In this document: positions 60,401 to 64,000 of the stretch, piece after piece
How positions within the stretch are numbered: position 1 is the stretch's first letter
Layout of the letters: each line of letters opens with the position of its first letter
From: Eledone cirrhosa
Lineage: Eukaryota
Assembly: GCA_964016885.1 (NCBI GenBank)
Contig: OZ024742.1
Location: forward strand, 318,680,001 to 318,744,000
Direction of reading: 5' to 3'
Length of the DNA: 64,000 nucleotides
Program-made: the position numbers and the translations under genes
The notes under the pieces: generated by a model
Databases searched by the model: none
Seen by the model: only the letters and a program-made list of their open reading frames with translations
Told to the model about the DNA's origin: nothing

Positions 60401-61209
60401 TGGGCATCATGCTTCGAGGCATAGAGTTATGGCATTTTACGTTCTGATTTCAAATTCCACTGAGGTCAGCTTTGCCTTTCATCCTTTTGGGATTGATAAA
60501 ATAAAGTACCAGTAACACACTGGAGTCAATTTAATCGAGTTTCCTCTCCCCCAAAATGATTGGCCTTGTGCCTAAACCAGAAACCTTTATTTCATTGAGG
60601 GCAATGGTTTGGCAAATTGGTAAAGTGTTGGACAAAATGCTTAAAAGTATTTAGTAACAGCCCTTTACGTTATGAGATCAAATCCTGTCGAGGTCAACTT
60701 TGCATTTCATCTTTCCGGGATCGAGAAAATCCCTTTATGGTCTGAGTTCAAATCCCGCCGAGGTTAACTTTGCCTTTTATCCTTACGGAGGTTGATAAAA
60801 TAAAGTACCAGTAATACACTGGGATAATTGCTGGCCTTGTTCCAAAAGTAGAAACAATTATTTAGCTAAACATGCCTTCTCAGTTTGAGGCATATATAAG
60901 AGCAGAGGAAGGTTAAAAAGGTAGAGCAGCTATACCAGCCACTTCCTGTAATTAAAGTCAAAACCAGCAGTAGCAGCAGCAGCACAGACCTGCCCCATGT
61001 ACATCTCAAATACAAACCTGTTGCTTAAATAGAGGTCAAGGGTGACAATACTGTTGCTTGCTGTTCAGTAGGAAAATGGGAGGGGGTGAAAGAGAGATAG
61101 TACAAGCATATTGTAGGATCAACACACACACACACACACACACATGTATTGTGTACGTGTACTCACCAATTTCATTTATCCCAGAGAAGTTATAATCTTT
61201 GGCTGCCAT
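19752..61209 (-). CDS. TMC7-like: Transmembrane channel-like (TMC) protein, TMC5/7-like; 17 coding exons, 732 aa
   Basis: Exons join in frame through GT-AG introns with matching phases (total 2199 nt). TMC motifs: IKKVEGNFGSSVTSYFLFLKWL, GWMSNTEMYYGFY, FTMWDY, CWETFISQEIYRL, FNIA...LDLIYSQALCWLGLFYAPLMP, PSATCGPF, EGKNKQFLL. Subfamily assignment is inference. Confidence 0.93.
19850..20200. repeat. Degenerate ~22-bp minisatellite (gagtggtagagagtggtgcggt)
   Basis: Direct inspection. Confidence 0.9.
20995..21073 (-). CDS. TMC7-like: TMC exon 16 (CVIAYYSRILLASHRKMIKLLQYQLDL)
   Basis: gatatag acceptor, gtaagg donor, phase 2 to 0. Confidence 0.88.
21241..21453. mobile_element. TTAA-flanked piggyBac-like MITE
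   Basis: TTAA-CCCTTTAGCATTTA...TAAATGCCAAAGGG-TTAA. Confidence 0.8.
21715..23095 (-). mobile_element. Decayed RTE LINE
   Basis: GVHQGSILSPLLF, FKTGCPWEL; frameshifted homolog of 9692-11477. Confidence 0.9.
23336..23500 (-). CDS. TMC7-like: TMC exon 15 (FNKPSATCGPFTHLETAYK...FVVFVIF)
   Basis: atttcag / gtgagt, phase 2 to 2; PSxxCGPF motif. Confidence 0.92.
23541..24160. repeat. Polypurine (AG-rich) minisatellite, ~36-bp unit gaggctatagaggaaaggagagaatagagagagtga
   Basis: Direct inspection. Confidence 0.9.
24986..25116 (-). CDS. TMC7-like: TMC exon 14 (ASVMTCCSPSKRIWRASRMHTIFLGTLL...AISVY)
   Basis: ttttag / gtaagt, phase 0 to 2. Confidence 0.92.
25390..26940 (-). mobile_element. Decayed RTE LINE
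   Basis: Homologous to 9692-11477 (ITEEFKTGCSWELLY, IIVNCYKGK), extending further 5'; heavily mutated. Confidence 0.85.
27127..27202 (-). CDS. TMC7-like: TMC exon 13 (WLGLFYAPLMPLLMVVKLFFIFYIKW)
   Basis: cttgcag / gtaagt, phase 2 to 0. Confidence 0.93.
27289..27555 (+). mobile_element. RTE LINE 3'UTR-only insertion
   Basis: Nearly identical to 32972-33246; ends in (GAT)n. Confidence 0.9.
28312..28781. repeat. 40-bp CpG-rich tandem repeat (~12 copies)
   Basis: Unit gtcgaacgatgtagcgtcagaggacYtggtcgggtctttt. Confidence 0.95.
28849..28941 (-). CDS. TMC7-like: TMC exon 12 (SLLHFSTITDTTPKFNIATTTLDLIYSQALC)
   Basis: ctatttcag / gtaaga, phase 2 to 2; TMC domain. Confidence 0.93.
29117..31278. repeat. 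41-bp tandem array (~52 copies)
   Basis: Unit gacatcatcaccccttccttcctcaatcatctctagtgtKt. Confidence 0.97.
31355..33246 (+). mobile_element. 5'-truncated RTE-clade LINE with one frameshift near 32310
   Basis: ORFs 31355-32332 and 32407-32844: AFVDLEKAFDRVP, LLYADD, RRLRWYGHVMR, GRPRKTW; 3'UTR with (GAT)n tail. Confidence 0.95.
33250..33960 (-). mobile_element. Decayed non-LTR retrotransposon C-terminus (CRE-like, restriction-like endonuclease)
   Basis: Minus-strand translation LELVGLD*GDSKRLDSIMIFPFQGGKLLSWDVTC...VEPIA resembles the RPDG...WDxT RLE motif. Confidence 0.6.
34926..35023 (-). CDS. TMC7-like: TMC exon 11 (CWETFISQEIYRLVIVDFFFTILYTLLFEIIW)
   Basis: ctatttcag / gtaagt, phase 0 to 2; CWET signature. 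Confidence 0.96.
35054..35930. repeat. Degenerate (GAT/GAC/GGY)n trinucleotide expansion
   Basis: Direct inspection. Confidence 0.95.
35998..38410. repeat. Three abutting GT-rich minisatellites (gtgatggtta-type ~36000-37400; 20-bp gtgtatgttagtgtgacgc-type ~37400-38230; ~22-24-bp tgaatgctagtttaatgt-type 38240-38410)
   Basis: Direct inspection. Confidence 0.92.
38435..38519 (-). CDS. TMC7-like: TMC exon 10 (RTMLLSITNLVMLCLYWKRKIITVPPNVQ)
   Basis: cactttag / gtaaga, phase 2 to 0. Confidence 0.88.
39352..39494 (-). CDS. TMC7-like: TMC exon 9 (AINEILKNFAVPICMSASNLILPLIFTGVTHLESYKLPKTNLYVTMV)
   Basis: acattcag / gtaagt, phase 0 to 2. Confidence 0.9.
40127..40285 (-). CDS. TMC7-like: TMC exon 8 (EHLSGFKDEDE...YQLSTTLKEK)
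   Basis: tttgcag / gtatgt, phase 0 to 0. Confidence 0.9.
40508..40855 (-). mobile_element. tRNA-derived SINE with RTE 3' tail
   Basis: Near-identical to 15448-15784. Confidence 0.85.
41670..41820 (-). CDS. TMC7-like: TMC exon 7 (SIAQSYKVNYIG...KIFTMWDYNVMS...ILNEIK)
   Basis: ttattag / gtcagt, phase 2 to 0. Confidence 0.92.
43000..43900 (-). mobile_element. Four tandem same-orientation tRNA-SINE copies
   Basis: Repeated ggcacaaggccagcaat...tcgaccccgtaaggatgaaaggcaaagttaacc...gaactcag units, separated by short, mostly (aat)n-type spacers. Confidence 0.8.
44079..44227 (-). CDS. TMC7-like: TMC exon 6 (GWMSNTEMYYGFYTNN...YYMPYAYF...SALFY)
   Basis: tatccag / gtaaga, phase 0 to 2. Confidence 0.93.
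44260..45430 (+). mobile_element. Penelope-like element relic (GIY-YIG endonuclease region plus 3' hammerhead-like motif)
   Basis: RLPFPLNYHP...ILSSDP...FPNPP; CASNHIVYALWCSF*GSLYIGQTGCHLVNHFAEHLRDI; PVAHHFHSPGHS; EQSLIFCLGS; CTGATGA-aggactagtgttt-GAAAC at 45376-45400. Confidence 0.85.
45833..45890 (+). ncRNA. Minimal type-I hammerhead-like motif
   Basis: atac-CTGATGA(45837)-stem II accggattca/tgaacccggt-GAAA(45875)-T GATC A-TT-gtat; palindromic GATC loop III; base of stem II imperfect. Confidence 0.55.
46796..47068 (-). CDS. TMC7-like: TMC exon 5 (IWTGFKRRLSNMAYFIGLWKSAIKKVEGNFGSSVTSYFLFLKW...IFNGK)
   Basis: tatttcag / gtgagg, phase 0 to 0; conserved TMC N-terminal motif. Confidence 0.95.
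47495..47560 (-). ncRNA. Minimal type-I hammerhead ribozyme (minus-strand copy, sense to the TMC pre-mRNA)
   Basis: Reverse complement reads tatttat-CTGATGA-aagcgcaccaaaatttgccttggttaccctt-GAAA-T ATAT A TA-ataaaata. Confidence 0.65.
47681..47746 (+). ncRNA. Minimal type-I hammerhead ribozyme
   Basis: Stem I tattttat/ataaaata (8 bp); CTGATGA 47689-47695; stem II 47696-47726; GAAA 47727-47730; 2-bp stem III with palindromic ATAT loop; AUA site ending at 47738. Confidence 0.75.
48303..48381 (-). CDS. TMC7-like: TMC exon 4 (MRELSETMRADENALSHKIWIRSHIKA)
   Basis: gtaagt donor; AAG acceptor; supplies the phase 2 to 0 bridge between exons 3 and 5. Confidence 0.75.
48472..48790 (+). mobile_element. 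tRNA-SINE: one partial and one full copy
   Basis: Matches the 1787-2005 family. Confidence 0.85.
49345..51016. repeat. 31-bp tandem array (~54 copies)
   Basis: Unit gctatgcagtgtctcattggtggRccacatt. Confidence 0.97.
51882..52131 (-). CDS. TMC7-like: TMC exon 3 (MTELAIIREGTRSRS...MPVNLSNKRAV)
   Basis: ttttttcag / gtaaga, phase 1 to 2. Confidence 0.88.
53713..53856 (-). CDS. TMC7-like: TMC exon 2 (DNGGYSDEVFMGED...LIQNLPSNRL)
   Basis: tttctcag / gtaaga, phase 1 to 1. Confidence 0.82.
53895..54097. repeat. (CAA/CAG/CAC)n trinucleotide tract
   Basis: Direct inspection. Confidence 0.9.
55313..55400. repeat. GC-rich nested hairpin/palindrome
   Basis: 28-bp outer arms ttcaagaccccgacggcagagctcaagc / gcttgagctctgccgtcggggtcttgaa; inner gctgtttctgga-c-tccagaaacagc. 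Confidence 0.85.
55974..56265 (+). mobile_element. Probable non-autonomous Helitron 5' portion
   Basis: TCTATATATATAAAACCGAGGATGTCTGTCTGTGTG start resembles typical animal Helitron-N 5' ends; 3' end not seen. Confidence 0.5.
56330..57965 (+). mobile_element. Decayed R4/Dong-like non-LTR retrotransposon (RT C-terminus, CCHC finger, RLE)
   Basis: KLNGKNLITTINIWAVPVIKY, CRLCG, KPEKVLE, NKRPDITLVEK...CLLIDVVCP, IVIGALGSI; many stops and frameshifts. Confidence 0.85.
57988..58316 (+). mobile_element. RTE LINE 3'UTR insertion
   Basis: Reverse-complement match to 9692-10010; (GAT)n tail. Confidence 0.85.
58465..58935 (+). mobile_element. R4-like LINE 3' fragment
   Basis: IECDHFIMARKPDIVVIEK...IVDIA...EKYLELKREIRKLW; (AAT)n tail. 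Confidence 0.85.
59813..60022. mobile_element. TTAA-flanked piggyBac-like MITE (nested in a second TTAA repeat)
   Basis: TTAA-CCCTTTAGCATTTA...TAAATGCTAAAGGG-TTAA. Confidence 0.8.
60200..60862 (+). mobile_element. Tandem cluster of tRNA-SINE copies
   Basis: Four partial or full copies of the abundant family in the same orientation. Confidence 0.8.
61167..61209 (-). CDS. TMC7-like: TMC first coding exon (MAAKDYNFSGINEI); the exon extends to 61244 as 5'UTR
   Basis: Acceptor tttttattcag at 61246-61245, upstream in-frame TGA, AAAATGG start context, gtgagt donor with phase 1 matching exon 2. Implies a further upstream non-coding exon. Confidence 0.72.
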
Positions 61210-61357
61210 TTTAGTTTTTTTGCCAGGCTGTCTTCTTCAAACAACTGAATAAAAAAAAAAATAGAGAACCTATCATCATTATTGTTTTAACTGCTAGCAA
61301 AGGTTGTCATTATATATAATTTTATTATTTGGAACTTGATATATTTTCTTAATTACA

Positions 61358-61415
<58 letters not shown>

Positions 61416-62708
61416 CAATAAAAAAAGAAAAGGAAACGAAAAAAAAAAAGGAAAATATAGAGAAAAAGAGAAAAAGAGAAAAAGAGAAAAAGAGAAAAAG
61501 AAAGGAAAAAATCTCTGGTGTCGCAGGAGAGAGGATGATTGGACCTTGGGCCAAGGTCATGGAGACAGAGGGGCTGCGCCCCATGGACAAGACTGCAAAA
61601 GCATTCCCGCATATAATGTTAATGGTCATAAACGAAGGAGCACTAGTGAGCTGAGAGAAAGGCTGAGTATAAGAGGAATCAGAAAAGCTGTTTGTACTGA
61701 TATGGACATGTCATATATAAGGAAAGTGGAAACCATGTAAAGAAGTGATGAGCATTTGAAGTAAACAACCAGTGGATGAGGGAGATCAAGAAAGATAACG
61801 GACATAACTATGAAGAATGATCTCAAGAAAGTGAACCTCACAAAGGTGATAACTATTAACTACACTAGAGAAGACCCACACACAAGTACAAACACAGCAA
61901 TGCTAACTGTAAATGTAGTGGTGGCTGCATGGAGTGGCTGAGACAGAGTCAACATAGGCTATAGAGGCCCCTCTGATTTTGTCAAGAACATGACAACCTC
62001 TCTAGTGCGGGATAAAATGTATCCAGTATACACTGTAAATCTGTTAACATTTATTTATGGAATACATCATGCAAATACAGTTTATTAGAAAAAGAAAAAC
62101 AAAGAAAATTTAGATTGAGAAGAATGGAATGTAAAATGGGAAAATATAGAGAAAAAAGAGGAAAAACGGAAAAGGGAGGGAATGGCAAAAACTCTAGTAT
62201 CACAGAAAAATGGGGAGGGGGAGGATGATTGGGGTCTGGGCCTAGGGCGCGACGGTGTTGGAGCTGCGTCTCGTGGGCAAGACCACAAAACCATTCCCGT
62301 AGACAATGGCCAGCGACACCTGCTGCAACAGCCACCCCACCTCGCGGGGGCTCTTTCCTCAGATAGGCTGCTGATGTTCCGATCTTGCAGAGGAGCTCAA
62401 CTGTACAGGATTCAAATATGAGGTGTCAACAGCGGTGTGAAGAGGAAGTGGCTGACAATCCCCAGTATTTGTTTATCTTCCTTTCCCCTGCAAGGTGGGC
62501 TGCAGTTCCAGGGTTGGTGGCCGAAGTGACTAAGTTGGAGGCAGAGAACATGTCACAGCATGTCGTATCCCAGTTGAAGGATCGACATTCTTCAAATGGG
62601 AAGAGAGTGATTCATCGGGACACTTGCCGTCTCCGCGGTCAAGGCCTGCTGGCCCCAGTTGTAAATTGTTAGTGCTTGTTCCATGATAAAGTGAACTCAG
62701 TACACACT

Positions 62709-62911
62709 TTAATCCTTTAGCATTTCAACTGGCTGTATCCAGCCAGAATTCTAATTCTGTTCAAACTAGCCGTAACTGGCCGCTGATACTGACTAAGGTA
62801 TTGTACTCAAAATAGTATCATCGAAATCTCGGAGCTTCGATATTATGTGAGTAAAGCCTTTACTGTGAAAATACAATAGTTAACAGAGTAATGTAAATAC
62901 CAAAGGGTTAA
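62709..62911. mobile_element. TTAA-flanked piggyBac-like MITE
   Basis: TTAA-TCCTTTAGCATTT...AAATACCAAAGGG-TTAA. Confidence 0.75.
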
Positions 62912-63287
62912 AGAAGTAATGAATGTCATGATGAAATGCACTCACTACATTCTATAAAGTGGTAATCATTAAGGAAGGACACCCAGCTGTAGAAACCATG
63001 CTAAAAAATAGAACATACAAGTAAGACATAGTTAATTGACCATGACTAGATCTGGACTGTGATGATCCATGAAACTCATGTGTCAGCATAGAAAATGGGT
63101 GTAAAATGATGATTACACATACGTGTGTGTGCACATACACACATTTCTTATTTTTAGTGACTTAAAACTGCAAATTTCGCCAAAGTTACCAGCTTTTCAA
63201 AACAGTCATGTTATGTTGACCCTGTACACAGTACAGGAGTCCTGCATCCAGTGCATGTTTTGTGTGTTAATTACACAAACCTATGAA

Positions 63288-63864
63288 ACATATATATATG
63301 TACATATATATACGTACATATATATATGTACATATATATACGTACACATATACACGTACATATATATATGTACATATATATATGTACATATATATACGTA
63401 CACATATATACGTACACACATACGTATATACGTACACACATACGAATATACGTACACACATACGTGTATACGTACACACATACGTATATACATACGTATA
63501 TACATACGTACACACATACGTACACACATACGTATATACGTACACACATACGTATATACGTACACACATGTACATATAGATACGTATATACGTACACATA
63601 TATGTACTTATACATACGCATATACGTACACATATGTACATATACATACGCATATACGTACATATACATACGCATATACGTACATATACATACGCATATA
63701 CGTACATATACATACGCATATACGTACATATACATACGCATATACGTACATATACATACGCATATACGTACATATACATACGCATATACGTACATATACA
63801 TACGCATATACGTACATATACATACGTATATACGTACATATACATACTTATATACGTACATATA
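63288..63864. repeat. TA/CA/CG compound microsatellite with 24-bp unit tacatatacatacgcatatacg-type
   Basis: Direct inspection. Confidence 0.9.
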
Positions 63865-64000
63865 GTGGCTGCCAACTCGTTTTCGAGTACGGCCACTACT
63901 TTATATCCATGTAGGAGAACTCCTACCGATGCGCTGAACAAGTGTGACTTTTTAGTCCAGCCAGCGACTTGAAAACTCTGGTACAAACACTACACTTGTG

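Overview
AT-rich, repeat-dense animal genomic DNA. The SINE, RTE-LINE and microsatellite landscape suggests an octopod or other coleoid cephalopod (inference). The main gene is a TMC (transmembrane channel-like, probably TMC5/7 group) gene on the minus strand. I reconstructed it by hand as 17 coding exons (61209 to 19752, 2199 nt, 732 aa), all GT-AG with matching intron phases. The terminal coding exon of an unidentified convergent plus-strand gene lies at 493-586. The rest is RTE, R4-like and CRE-like LINE relics, a Penelope GIY-YIG relic, tRNA-derived SINEs, TTAA- and TA-flanked MITEs, Helitron-like ends and many minisatellites. The most notable signal is a dispersed set of minimal type-I hammerhead ribozyme motifs (about 7.5, 13.4, 45.4, 45.8 and 47.5-47.7 kb, possibly 55.3 kb). 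Their flanks are unrelated, several sit in small fold-back elements, and one such element carries an intact core on both strands inside a TMC intron. This suggests non-autonomous Penelope-derived, retrozyme-like elements.
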